From positions 224,001 to 288,000 of the forward strand of contig CAWJSK010000013.1 of the NCBI GenBank assembly GCA_963845535.1: 64,000 bases of DNA. Reading direction: 5' to 3'. The notes under the pieces are model-generated. The model was given only the letters and a program-made list of their open reading frames with translations, ran no database searches and was not told the origin of the DNA. The translations under genes and the position numbers were made by a program. The DNA is from an uncultured Spirochaetota bacterium. GTDB lineage: Bacteria; Spirochaetota; Spirochaetia; SZUA-6; Fen-1364. This document shows, piece by piece, positions 34,512-44,368 of the stretch (position 1 is the stretch's first letter; every line of letters starts with the position of its first letter).

Positions 34512-36116
34512 TCACCTCCGAGTTTCCGGTACGAGTCGCGCTTCGAGCGTCAACGTCGTCTGGTAAGGCTTGAGGATGAGATTGAACTCCTGCGGGACGT
34601 ATCCCTCCCGGCTGACCCGAAAGCTGTACGTCCGTCCCGGGAAAAGGCCTTCCGCCCGCGCAAGGAAAAGCGGCAGCCATCGCTCCCCCATCAGGACAGC
34701 GACCGTTGCCGACGCGGTCAGGTCCTCCCCGTTCTCGGCGCTGTACACCGAGTATCTCACCGTCAGGGGCATTGCGGGCTGCCCCTCCTGGTTCAGCGTG
34801 ATGCGAAGCCCCGTGGCGGTCTCCAGGGACTTGCGCTGAACGGAGCGGGGGCTCAGCGTGAAAGAGGCCCAGAAGAGCTGTCCTTCCAGCCCGACCTTCA
34901 GCCGGTACCTGCCGGCTTCGAGGTACAGCTTTTTCGTGGACAGGAGATAGCTCACTCCGGTCCGACCCGAAGCGCTTTCATGGATGTCAAACTGAACGCC
35001 TGTCACGCGCGTGAGATGGTTGCCCTGCTCGCGATAGAGGGCGGGTCTGAAGAAGACCTCATCAGGCTCCTTATATGCGCTGTCGATCTGGGCTGAGACC
35101 ACGAGCGCGCCATAGCGGTCCGCTTGAAAGAGCTCGTACCAATACCCTTGCTGGTAGAACCACCAGGCCCCGACGGCAAGGATCACCACCACGGCCACGA
35201 CGGCCAGCGGCCGCAGCACCCGCGCGCGGCTCCTGTGAAAGACGTCGTGGATGTCCTCCCCTTTGAGGATCTTGCGGACCGCCTGACGGACCACCGCGGG
35301 GTCTCTGCGCGGAATCCTTCTTTCCAGGAGGCGCAGGATGACGCCCACGTCCTTGTAGCGCCGCCTTCGCTTGACGCGCATGCAGGTTGCCACGATCCTG
35401 CACAGGAACGGGGACGCCCGGGGGTTCAGGCGTCGGGGGGGAACGTATTTGCCCCTGTGGATCAGGCGGATCGTCTCCGCGGTGAAGGAGCCCGGGTAGG
35501 GGGTCTTGCCGGTGAGCATCTCGTACAGGACCACCCCGACAGAGTAGATGTCCGCCCGGCGGTCCACGTTCCGGGCGTCCTCGATCTGCTCCGGCGGGAC
35601 ATAGGCCGGCGTGCCGAGCATTGTCCCGTCCTTCGTGAGACCGTCGTCCATCTCCTCCGCGGAGGTGGCAATGCCGAAGTCCGCCAGCTTCACCTCTCCA
35701 TGGCTCGAAATGAGGATGTTGCCCGGCTTGATGTCGCGATGGATCACCTGCCGGTCATGGGCGAACTTCAGCCCGCGGCACACCTCGTAGAAGATCAGCA
35801 TGGCGGCGTCGTTGGAAAGGTAGCGCTCCTTGCGGATCAGCGCGTCCAGGGAGACGCCTTCCACGAACTCCTCAACGATGTAGTAGTTGGGGCCTTCCTT
35901 GAAATGGTCGAACACCTGGACAATGCGCTCGCTGTTGAGGTCCATCATGAGGCGCGCCTCGCGCTTGAACCTCTCCACCACCTGGCCGCCGCCGCGGATT
36001 GCCAGCTTTTTCAGGAGCACGACCCTTTCCAGGGTGGGGTGCTTTGCCGTGTACAGCGCGCCCATTCCGCCTTGCGCGATTTTTCCGATCAGCTCGTACT
36101 TTCCGATTTTTTTCAT
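34512..36116 (-). CDS. Hanks-type Ser/Thr protein kinase with TM and extracytoplasmic domain
   Basis: GGMG, RFKREA, HRDIKPGN, DFG, GTPAY, DIYSVG; TM near residue 310; start ATG 36116. Confidence 0.95.
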   Translation of the reverse strand: MKKIGKYELIGKIAQGGMGALYTAKHPTLERVVLLKKLAIRGGGQVVERFKREARLMMDLNSERIVQVFDHFKEGPNYYIVEEFVEGVSLDALIRKERYLSNDAAMLIFYEVCRGLKFAHDRQVIHRDIKPGNILISSHGEVKLADFGIATSAEEMDDGLTKDGTMLGTPAYVPPEQIEDARNVDRRADIYSVGVVLYEMLTGKTPYPGSFTAETIRLIHRGKYVPPRRLNPRASPFLCRIVATCMRVKRRRRYKDVGVILRLLERRIPRRDPAVVRQAVRKILKGEDIHDVFHRSRARVLRPLAVVAVVVILAVGAWWFYQQGYWYELFQADRYGALVVSAQIDSAYKEPDEVFFRPALYREQGNHLTRVTGVQFDIHESASGRTGVSYLLSTKKLYLEAGRYRLKVGLEGQLFWASFTLSPRSVQRKSLETATGLRITLNQEGQPAMPLTVRYSVYSAENGEDLTASATVAVLMGERWLPLFLARAEGLFPGRTYSFRVSREGYVPQEFNLILKPYQTTLTLEARLVPETRR

Positions 36117-36117
36117 T

Positions 36118-37134
36118 TCACACCGCCAGGATGGAGCGCGCGTCAATTCGGACCACGTCGCGGTCGAGCTCGAAGGGGCCCCCGGGGGAAAGGTGCGCTA
36201 TGACGAACCGTTCTGGATCATGGATCTGCACGTATTTTCCTCCTGCGCGAAGCTTGTAGGAACCGACGGCGGGGCGATGGCCGCCCAGGTAGAAAGCCGT
36301 GCGGGCCGCCTCCTCCCCCAGGTAGTATCTCAACATGCTCTCGACGCTTCCCGGTTCCGCCTCGTCGTTGTCCGTCCACGTCAGACCCAGCACGACGTCA
36401 GGGTCGTTGCGGAAGCCAATCACGCGGTGCGGCGCGTAAAACTCGGCCGGTTCGGCGTGAGACAGCAGGAAACCGGGGCCGACAACGAGGAGCGGGAGCT
36501 CCTTCTCCATGCGGGCGTACTGGCCCAGGAGCAGCGGCCCGTAGAACTGGCGCATGTACGCGAGCACCATTGCCCCTTCCAACGCGAACTTTCGAAACGG
36601 GAGGTTCCCGCCCCCGGATTCGTTCGCGATGTTCTCATGGTTGCCCTTGAGAAAATGGAAGCGGGAAGGGTACCTGCGTTTGACCTCCATCACCATCTCC
36701 ATCACTCCCAGGCTCTCGCGCATCTCCTCATCCATGTTCCTGTGGGCCCGATACTCGTCGAGAAACTCCGCCTGTGCCGCGCGCCAGCGCTGCGCCGCCC
36801 GGCCCTCCGCGTGCACGCCGTCACCGAGGCAGACCACCTGGAGGCGGCCCGCGTCGAGAAGCTCCAGCGTCCTGCAGCCCTCCTCCGCCATGGAGCCGAG
36901 CACGGCCAGGAAGAAGTCCATGCGGGCGTGAAGATCCGGCACCACGATCGTGGGAAGGCCCGGGTCCAGGAAGACCAGGCCGCCGGGTCTCCCGTCGTCA
37001 TCCGGTGGCCGAAGCCGCGGGGATTCATTCTCCAGAGTTTCCAGGGTCCCCGCAATAGCCTCGCCCAAGGCAACCGCCTCAGGCGGGCCATCACGGTGGA
37101 AAATCTCCCCCAACCTCCGCGTCAACTCCTCCAT
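36118..37134 (-). CDS. Calcineurin-like metallophosphoesterase
   Basis: DLH, GDGVH, GNHE, HAEP, GGH motifs. Confidence 0.85.
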   Translation of the reverse strand: MEELTRRLGEIFHRDGPPEAVALGEAIAGTLETLENESPRLRPPDDDGRPGGLVFLDPGLPTIVVPDLHARMDFFLAVLGSMAEEGCRTLELLDAGRLQVVCLGDGVHAEGRAAQRWRAAQAEFLDEYRAHRNMDEEMRESLGVMEMVMEVKRRYPSRFHFLKGNHENIANESGGGNLPFRKFALEGAMVLAYMRQFYGPLLLGQYARMEKELPLLVVGPGFLLSHAEPAEFYAPHRVIGFRNDPDVVLGLTWTDNDEAEPGSVESMLRYYLGEEAARTAFYLGGHRPAVGSYKLRAGGKYVQIHDPERFVIAHLSPGGPFELDRDVVRIDARSILAV

Positions 37135-37153
37135 CAGTTACGTCCTGGACCGG

Positions 37154-37684
37154 TTATTCTTCATCCAGTTCCTTGTTCACGTTGACGAACTCCTTGGTCA
37201 GGATCTCCGTTGACTTGCTGATCTGGCGCTCCTGCTCATCGAGGTCGAGCTCTTCCGCGGTGACCGCTATCTTGAACACGGGAGACGAGCTCACGATGGG
37301 ACCTACGGTGAAGTTGACGGGCACCCCGACCTTCACGTCTCCTCCGAGCTGCGAGCTCTCCTGCCGGGCGGACTCCGGTACGTCCTTGCGCAGCCCAATG
37401 CTCACGTACTGGACGTTCCTGCCGCCGTCCCTCTGGGGGCCGATATTGATGAGCGAGCCGGAAAAGGTCATGGCAAGGCACCCGCGATCATCTCCCTTCT
37501 CCAGCACGTCCACCTCCTCCAGCGCCATCCGTGAGATGTGTCGTTCGAAACGCTCCTTCTTTTCGAGCCACCCCTGCGCGATCATCTCGATAGAGTCTTC
37601 GGTGTCCGGGAGCCCCGAGCTTTTCGTGATCTGACGGATATGCCCCTGTATCTCGGCGGGGATCTGGCTCATGTATTCGCCCAT
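37154..37684 (-). CDS. Hypothetical acidic protein, first gene of the kinase cluster
   Basis: AGGAGG RBS before ATG 37684; 176 aa. Confidence 0.75.
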   Translation of the reverse strand: MGEYMSQIPAEIQGHIRQITKSSGLPDTEDSIEMIAQGWLEKKERFERHISRMALEEVDVLEKGDDRGCLAMTFSGSLINIGPQRDGGRNVQYVSIGLRKDVPESARQESSQLGGDVKVGVPVNFTVGPIVSSSPVFKIAVTAEELDLDEQERQISKSTEILTKEFVNVNKELDEE

Positions 37685-37883
37685 TGCGTCCTCCTGGGGT
37701 TGCACCCCATCCACAAGTATATACCGCTTCAGAAAAAACACGTTTTTTTCGTCGAACGCCTGTCAAACTGCGGCGTTACGTGAAAGTTACCGCATTGTGA
37801 GTGTAAGACGTTGCGAGTGTAAGGCTTGCTTCGCCGCCGCCGACATGCTTCAATGCGCCCACGCGGATCTCCGGGAGGCTCTC

Positions 37884-38537
37884 ATGACAATGAAACGGGT
37901 GTTCGGCCGCGGCATTTTCCAGACCGGTTGGGTCAACGCGGCAGCTTCCCTCCTGCTCGGCGCCGGCGTCTACCTTGTCAGCAAGATCTATGATCCTCTG
38001 AATCATGGTCCGGCCGTGATGCATCTCAGGACCCCGTTGGATGATGCCCTGCCCCTGGTTCCGCTTTTTGTGATTCCCTACGTGTCTCTGGAGCCGCTCA
38101 TTTACTTTTCCCTCATCGTCTTCCTGGTTTTCAGGACGAGGATTTTTCAGTCCGCGACTCTCTCCCTGATCCTTGCCATGCTCGTGAGCTACGCCGTTTA
38201 CTTTTTCCTGCAGACGGAAGTGATGCGTCCCGCGGTGAGCGGCACTGACGTCCTCTCCCGGATGATCCGCGACGTGTACGCCGGGGACAATCCGTACAAT
38301 GATTTCCCCAGCCTGCACACCTCGCTTTCCACGATCATTGCCATCCACTGGTGGAGGACGGACCACCGACTGGGCATCATTGCCGCGGCGTGGACGGCCC
38401 TCATTGTGGCGTCGACGGTTTTCGTGAAGCAGCACTACGTGGCGGACGTGGCCTCAGGCTTGCTCCTGGCGTGGGGCGTCTCCTGGCTGTCCTGGAAGCT
38501 GCTTCACGGGGAGGCGCCGCAAACGTCTCGTTCCTAG
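37884..38537 (+). CDS. PAP2-superfamily membrane phosphoesterase
   Basis: FPSLH and KQHYVAD motifs, multiple TM segments; GGAGG RBS. Confidence 0.88.
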   Translation: MTMKRVFGRGIFQTGWVNAAASLLLGAGVYLVSKIYDPLNHGPAVMHLRTPLDDALPLVPLFVIPYVSLEPLIYFSLIVFLVFRTRIFQSATLSLILAMLVSYAVYFFLQTEVMRPAVSGTDVLSRMIRDVYAGDNPYNDFPSLHTSLSTIIAIHWWRTDHRLGIIAAAWTALIVASTVFVKQHYVADVASGLLLAWGVSWLSWKLLHGEAPQTSRS

Positions 38538-39544
38538 TACTCCTCTCCCGGCAGCGCCTTTGTCCTGAAGAATCGATAGACCAGGACCTGATAAACGATG
38601 ACGATGGGAACAAAGATGGCCGCCACGATGGTCATGAGCCGCAGCGTGTAGGGCCCCGAAGAGGAGTTGTAGATCGTCAGGCTTGCGCTCGGATCAAGGC
38701 TTGACGGGATGAGGTTCGGGAACAGCCCCACCAGGCCGGTGGCGACAACGAGGATGATCAACGCGCAGGAAGAGAAAAATGCCCCGAGGTTCCGTCCCCT
38801 CGAATGCAGGACCTTGACGCTGAGGAGAGATGCCACCGCCAGCACAGGCACCACGAGCCACAGGGAGTGGGAGAAGAAGTTGTCGTACAATTTCGTGGCG
38901 AACGCCGTGAGGGCAAGGAAGGCAACGGCCACCGCCAGCACCGCGTACCACAAGCCCCCGGCAAACCTCGAGCTTCTTTCCGACATCCCGTCCTCTGACT
39001 TCACGGAAAGCCACAGCGCGCCGTGCTGGAGGAAGAGGATGACGAACAACACGGCGGTCAGGAGACCGTAGGGATTGAACAGCTTGAGGAAGCTGCCCTT
39101 GTAGCCGTCCGTGGCAATGGGCAGCCCCTGGAAGATGTTCCCGAAACCCACGCCGAGGACGAGCGGTGCGGTAAAGCTCGTGACAGCCAGGACCCAGTCC
39201 CACGTGGAGCGCCACCGGGGAGAATCGTTTTTCCCGCGGAACTCGATTGAGACCCCCCTCAGGATCAGGGAAAACAGGATCAGGAGCATGGGCAGGTAGA
39301 GGAAGCTGAACATGGACGCGTAGGTGAGGGGGAACGCCGCGAAGGTTGCTCCGCCGGCGGTGATCAGCCAGACCTCATTGCCGTTCCAGACCGGGCCTAT
39401 GGAGGCCAGCGCGGCCTGCCTTTCCGTCTCGCCCCTGGCAAGGAAATTGCGGAGCATCCCCGTGCCGAAATCGAACCCGTCCAGCATGAAATACACCGCC
39501 CAGAGAACGCCCCACAGCACGAACCACAGTATTTGAAGCGTCAT
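38534..39544 (-). CDS. cydB: Cytochrome bd oxidase subunit II
   Basis: LDGFDFGTG, GPVWNGNEVWL, FAAFP. Confidence 0.96.
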   Translation of the reverse strand: MTLQILWFVLWGVLWAVYFMLDGFDFGTGMLRNFLARGETERQAALASIGPVWNGNEVWLITAGGATFAAFPLTYASMFSFLYLPMLLILFSLILRGVSIEFRGKNDSPRWRSTWDWVLAVTSFTAPLVLGVGFGNIFQGLPIATDGYKGSFLKLFNPYGLLTAVLFVILFLQHGALWLSVKSEDGMSERSSRFAGGLWYAVLAVAVAFLALTAFATKLYDNFFSHSLWLVVPVLAVASLLSVKVLHSRGRNLGAFFSSCALIILVVATGLVGLFPNLIPSSLDPSASLTIYNSSSGPYTLRLMTIVAAIFVPIVIVYQVLVYRFFRTKALPGEEY

Positions 39545-39545
39545 G

Positions 39546-40850
39546 TCATTCCACCTTCCGCGCGTACTTCGTGAGGAGGAAAGCATCTACTGCCGCAAGG
39601 GTCCCGTAGATGACAACGAAGGCAATGAGGGAGCCAAGCACGTCAGCCGCGGTAATGGACCGCGAATACGCGTCAGCGGTTTTCAGGAGGCCGTACACGA
39701 TCCATGGCTGCCTGCCGATCTCCGCCAGGATCCACCCCAGCTCGCTGGCGAGGTAGGGAAACACGAGGGCGATGGCCATGATCCAAAGGAACCATCGACG
39801 CTTCAGGAAAGTGTCAGTCCAGGCAAAAATGACGGCAAGGAGCGCGCAGAGCACGAAAAGGAATCCCAGCCCGACCATGGTCCGGAAGGCCAGGTACGTC
39901 ACAATGACGGGCGGCCGGTCCGAAGCCGGGAAATCGTCCAGACCTTTCACGGTGGCGCTGGCATCATGGTAGGCGAGGAAGCTCAACAGGCCGGGAATGG
40001 GCAGCGCCTCTATGACGTTTCTTCCGGCCTGGGGATCAGGAAGCGCAATGAGATAGAAGGGAGCGTTGGACTGTGTTTTCCACTGCGACTCCATGGCCGC
40101 GAGCTTCGTGGGCTGGAACTTCGCCACTTGCACGCCTGACATGTCTCCGGCAACGATGATGAGCACCGACGCGACCAGCCCGAACGGCGCGGCCAGGCGG
40201 AAGGATTTGCGGACCACCTCGGTTGTCCTGCCGCGCAGCGCGTGAATGGCGCAGATCCCCATGATGAAGAACGCGCCAAGAGTCCACGCCGCCATGATCA
40301 CGTGGAAAAACTTGATCCAGGCGTACGGGTTCCAGATGAGCGCGCCGAAATCCGAGAGCTGCGCCCGGCCCCCCGACATGATGTAGCCGCGCGGCTTCTG
40401 CATCCACCCGTTGGCGAGCAGGATCCACAGCGCGGACAGCGTGCTGGCAAACGCAACCAGCCACATGACAGCCGCGTGCGCCCCGCGCGAGAGCCGCTTC
40501 CCGCCGAACACCCACACGCCAATGAAGGTGGACTCGAGGAAGAACGCCACGGTTGCCTCGATGGCGAGCGGGGCCCCGAAAATGTCCCCGACGAACTTGG
40601 AGTACTCGGCCCAGTTCATGCCGAACTGGAACTCCAGCGTGATCCCTGTCACCACCCCGACGGCGAAGTTGATGAGGAACAGCTTGCTCCAGTACCTCGT
40701 CATCTTCAGCCATGTTTCGTCCCCAGTCCTCGCGTAGACCGTCTCCATGATGGCGACGAGCGTGCTGAGGCCGAGGGTGAGGGGAACGAACAGGAAGTGA
40801 AAGATGGCCACGGTTGCAAACTGGACCCGGGAGAGAGCTTCGACCAGCAT
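39546..40850 (-). CDS. cydA: Cytochrome bd oxidase subunit I
   Basis: FHFLFVP, EFQFGMNW, QPTKLAAME, GRQPW. Confidence 0.97.
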   Translation of the reverse strand: MLVEALSRVQFATVAIFHFLFVPLTLGLSTLVAIMETVYARTGDETWLKMTRYWSKLFLINFAVGVVTGITLEFQFGMNWAEYSKFVGDIFGAPLAIEATVAFFLESTFIGVWVFGGKRLSRGAHAAVMWLVAFASTLSALWILLANGWMQKPRGYIMSGGRAQLSDFGALIWNPYAWIKFFHVIMAAWTLGAFFIMGICAIHALRGRTTEVVRKSFRLAAPFGLVASVLIIVAGDMSGVQVAKFQPTKLAAMESQWKTQSNAPFYLIALPDPQAGRNVIEALPIPGLLSFLAYHDASATVKGLDDFPASDRPPVIVTYLAFRTMVGLGFLFVLCALLAVIFAWTDTFLKRRWFLWIMAIALVFPYLASELGWILAEIGRQPWIVYGLLKTADAYSRSITAADVLGSLIAFVVIYGTLAAVDAFLLTKYARKVE

Positions 40851-40928
40851 TGATCCCCCTTTTTCTGGAATTTCGCTATTCCGTTCACGGTTGTCAATCG
40901 CGATTCCTTACCAGTACACTCGATCTGG

Positions 40929-42590
40929 ATGACAGGTACTACGGCCTGGCTGCGGCAGAACGGAACGAACATCCGACGTCCGCTGGCCCTCACAATTGCT
41001 CTCGGCGAGATATCGGGGATCCTGCTCATCCTCCAGACGGCGTTTCTCGTGCGGATTGCGAACGCCGTCATTTTTCAGCACGCAGCGGTGCGCTCTCTTC
41101 TCAGCGTTTTCATTGCCCTGATTGCAACGGCGCCGGTCCGCTTTCTCGTCATGTGGACCACCCGGCGGACCGCGTACGAATGCGCTTCCCGGGTCAAGCT
41201 CGACGTGCGAAGCCGCCTGATGGGGCACCTCCGCAGGCTTGGACCCGCCACGCTTTCCAGCATGCGGGCCGGTGAGGTGGCGACCATTGCGGTGGACGCC
41301 GTGGAGGCGCTGGAAGGCTACTACTCCCGCTACCTGCCGCAGCGCGCGTTGTCCACGCTGCTGCCGTTCACCGTGCTCGCGGCGGTTTTTCCCCTGGACT
41401 GGATTTCCGGCCTCGTCCTTTTGCTGACCGCCGTGTTCCTCCCCGTGACCATGATCCTCATTGGGGAAGAGTCCCACGTCAGGAACCAGCGGCTGTGGGC
41501 CACGCTGGCCAGGATGAGCGGCCGGTTCCTGGACATCCTCCAGGGGCTGACCACGGTGAAGATGTTCGGCGCGGCCCGCAGGGAAGCTGCGGAGATCGAG
41601 CGGGCGTCCGATGAATACAGGATCGCCACCCTGTCGGTCATGCGCATCGCCTTCCTTTCATCGTTCATGCTGGAGCTTCTTTCCGCGGTCAGCATAGCAA
41701 TTGTCGCCGTGCTCTCAGGCCTCCGCCTCATGGCCGGGACCATGCAGTTCGGGAGGGCCTACTTCATTCTCCTGGCAGCCCCGGAGTATTTCCTCGTCCT
41801 GAGGTCCCTCGGCACCTTCTATCACATGCGCATGGAAGCCATGAGCGCCGGCGAGCGGATTGCCGACCTTCTTGAAACGCAGGGCTTCGAAGGAGTCTTG
41901 GATGCGAGCCCCCGCGGCAGCCCTCCCCAGGGTGAGACGTTCGAGGTCGCCTTTGAGTCGGTGAGCCGTTCCTTTCAGTCGAGGGTCATCCTCGATGAGA
42001 TTTCATTCACGGCGGCCCCCGGCGCCCACATCGCCCTGACGGGAGCGAGCGGCGCGGGCAAATCCACCGTCCTGAACATCCTCCTTCGGTTCCTGCGGGC
42101 GGACTCGGGGCGCGTTCTTGTCGGAGGCCTGGCGCTCGAGCTCCTTCCGCGGGATCCGTGGTTCGAGCGGGTGGCGTGGCTGCCCCAGAAGCCGACCCTG
42201 TTTCACGGGACGTTGCGAGAGAACATCGGGCTCGGCCGTATTGGCGCAAGCAGCGGCGAAGTAGAACGGGCAGCCCGCGCGGCGTGCGTGGATGAGTTCC
42301 TCCCCCGGCTTCCTTCCGGCCTCGACACGATGGTGGGCGAAGGAGGCCAGGGCCTTTCGCGCGGGCAAGTCCAGCGCGTGGCCCTGGCGCGTCTTTTCCT
42401 CCGCAGACCCAGCCTCGTTCTGCTGGATGAGCCCACGGCGCACCTGGACCCCGCAAGCGCAGAGCTCGTAAGCGCCGCCGTCCAGGAGCTGGGACGGGGG
42501 AAGACGATGATCATGGTCACGCACCGCGGGTCAGCGGGGATGGACAGGACCCTTGTGCTCGAAGCGGGGAAGCTGAGGGAGCGCGCATGA
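40929..42590 (+). CDS. cydD: Thiol-reductant ABC exporter CydD
   Basis: YYSRYLPQ, RIAFLSS, APEYF, GASGAGKS, LSRGQ; divergent from cydAB. Confidence 0.9.
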   Translation: MTGTTAWLRQNGTNIRRPLALTIALGEISGILLILQTAFLVRIANAVIFQHAAVRSLLSVFIALIATAPVRFLVMWTTRRTAYECASRVKLDVRSRLMGHLRRLGPATLSSMRAGEVATIAVDAVEALEGYYSRYLPQRALSTLLPFTVLAAVFPLDWISGLVLLLTAVFLPVTMILIGEESHVRNQRLWATLARMSGRFLDILQGLTTVKMFGAARREAAEIERASDEYRIATLSVMRIAFLSSFMLELLSAVSIAIVAVLSGLRLMAGTMQFGRAYFILLAAPEYFLVLRSLGTFYHMRMEAMSAGERIADLLETQGFEGVLDASPRGSPPQGETFEVAFESVSRSFQSRVILDEISFTAAPGAHIALTGASGAGKSTVLNILLRFLRADSGRVLVGGLALELLPRDPWFERVAWLPQKPTLFHGTLRENIGLGRIGASSGEVERAARAACVDEFLPRLPSGLDTMVGEGGQGLSRGQVQRVALARLFLRRPSLVLLDEPTAHLDPASAELVSAAVQELGRGKTMIMVTHRGSAGMDRTLVLEAGKLRERA

Positions 42591-44296
42591 AGGACCTGCT
42601 TCGGATTGCGCGGCTTGCGCTGCCGCTGTGGCGCTGGGTGGTCCTGGGGATCATCCTCTCGCTGGCAACGACTCTCGCCCACATCGGGCTTCTTGCTTTG
42701 TCGAGCTGGTTCATCGCCTCCATGGCGGTCGCCGGAACCCTCGGCATGGTCATGAACTATTCGACCCCCTCCGCGGGCGTGCGCGCCCTGGCCATCGGGC
42801 GCGCCGGAGGGCGCTACGCGGAGCGGCTGGTCAACCATGACGCCACGTTTCGGATCCTGGCAACCCTGAGGGTCTGGCTTTTCAATCGTTTGGAGCCGCT
42901 TGCTCCTGCCGCCCTGCAGCCTCACAGGAGCGGTGACCTGCTGAGCAGGATTCGGGCGGACATCGACATGCTGGATGATTTCTACGTGCGGGGCGTCGTA
43001 CCTTCCGTTGTCGCCGTTCTCTCTGCCGCCTGCCTCCTGCCTTTCCTCCTGCATTTTGACGCGCGCCTGGCTTGGGTGGACCTTGCCGGGCTTGCATGCG
43101 CGGGAGTCTTCCTGCCGCTCCTGGCGGGAACGCGCGCGGAAATGCCGGGACGCGAGCGCGTGGCGTGGGCGGCCGTTCTCCGAGCAGGAGTCGTAGAGCA
43201 GGTCCAGGGCATGGCCGAGCTGGAAGCCCTGGGCGCGCTCGAGTTTGCCTCCTCGCGCGTTGAGGCGGCTTCCCGTGAGATGGATCAGCGGCAGCGCCGG
43301 CTCGCCTCGCTGCAAGGGATCGCGGAAGCGCAGATGGTTGGCATAAGCCTGGCCACGGTCTGGGCCTCCGCGCTCATCCTGGCTTCACTCGTAGCAGATG
43401 GAAAGCTGCCGGGGCCGGACATGGCGATGCTCACCGTGGTTGTGCTCGCGAGCTTCGAGACGGTCATGCCGCTTCCCGGCGTGATTCAGCGCTTCGGGGA
43501 AATGGCTGCGGCCGCCCATCGGCTTTTCCAGATCAGCGCCGCGCAACCCGGAGGGGCGCGGTGGGATGAAAAGCCGCGCATCACGGATGCGGCGCGGAGG
43601 GAAGGACACGGCGTTGAGACTCAGGAGTCCGTGGGCCTGGTCATTCGTGACCTGCGCTTCCGCTACGCGCCCGGGCTTCCCTGGGTCATCCGAGGGCTTT
43701 CCTTCGACGCTCCGGCCGGAAGCCGCGTGGGCATTTCAGGCCCCACCGGTGCGGGGAAAAGCACGCTGGTCAGCGTGCTCCTGCGGTTCTGGGAATACGA
43801 AGGCGGCACCATACACGTGGTAAGAAACGGGCAGGCCGTGGATCTGCGCTCTTTTGGCGCGGAAGAATCCCGCGGGTTTTTCTCCGTTGTCCCCCAGTCG
43901 CCGCACCTTTTTCATTCCTCGATCAGGGACAACCTGTTGATTGCGAAGGAGACCGCCTCGGAGGAAGATCTGTGGTCCGCGTTGAAGGACGCATCACTTT
44001 CCGACTTTGTGGCCTCCCTTCCTGACGGGCTGGACGCGATAATCGGCGAGACGGGCCGGGAGATTTCGGCGGGAGAAGGGCAGCGTCTTGCCGTGGCACG
44101 GGCGCTTCTTCGGGAGGCGCCCGTCTCCATCCTCGATGAGCCGACCGAAGGGCTGGACGATCGGACCGCCGAGGGGCTCCTCGACTCCCTGGACCGAAGG
44201 CTTCGAGGCCGGACCGTCCTCATCATAAGCCATCGTCCGCGGGACCACCGCCTGGCCACAACCGTCCTTCCCATGGCTCTGCCGGGTGATATTTAA
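42587..44296 (+). CDS. cydC: Thiol-reductant ABC exporter CydC
   Basis: RYAERLVNHDATFR, GDLLSR, GPTGAGKS, LDEPTEGLD. Confidence 0.92.
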   Translation: MKDLLRIARLALPLWRWVVLGIILSLATTLAHIGLLALSSWFIASMAVAGTLGMVMNYSTPSAGVRALAIGRAGGRYAERLVNHDATFRILATLRVWLFNRLEPLAPAALQPHRSGDLLSRIRADIDMLDDFYVRGVVPSVVAVLSAACLLPFLLHFDARLAWVDLAGLACAGVFLPLLAGTRAEMPGRERVAWAAVLRAGVVEQVQGMAELEALGALEFASSRVEAASREMDQRQRRLASLQGIAEAQMVGISLATVWASALILASLVADGKLPGPDMAMLTVVVLASFETVMPLPGVIQRFGEMAAAAHRLFQISAAQPGGARWDEKPRITDAARREGHGVETQESVGLVIRDLRFRYAPGLPWVIRGLSFDAPAGSRVGISGPTGAGKSTLVSVLLRFWEYEGGTIHVVRNGQAVDLRSFGAEESRGFFSVVPQSPHLFHSSIRDNLLIAKETASEEDLWSALKDASLSDFVASLPDGLDAIIGETGREISAGEGQRLAVARALLREAPVSILDEPTEGLDDRTAEGLLDSLDRRLRGRTVLIISHRPRDHRLATTVLPMALPGDI

Positions 44297-44368
44297 GAAG
44301 ATTTAACCGGCCCATAACGCGCCCTCAATCTCCACTCTCTATTGTTCTGCATGGAGGTAACGAGAATC

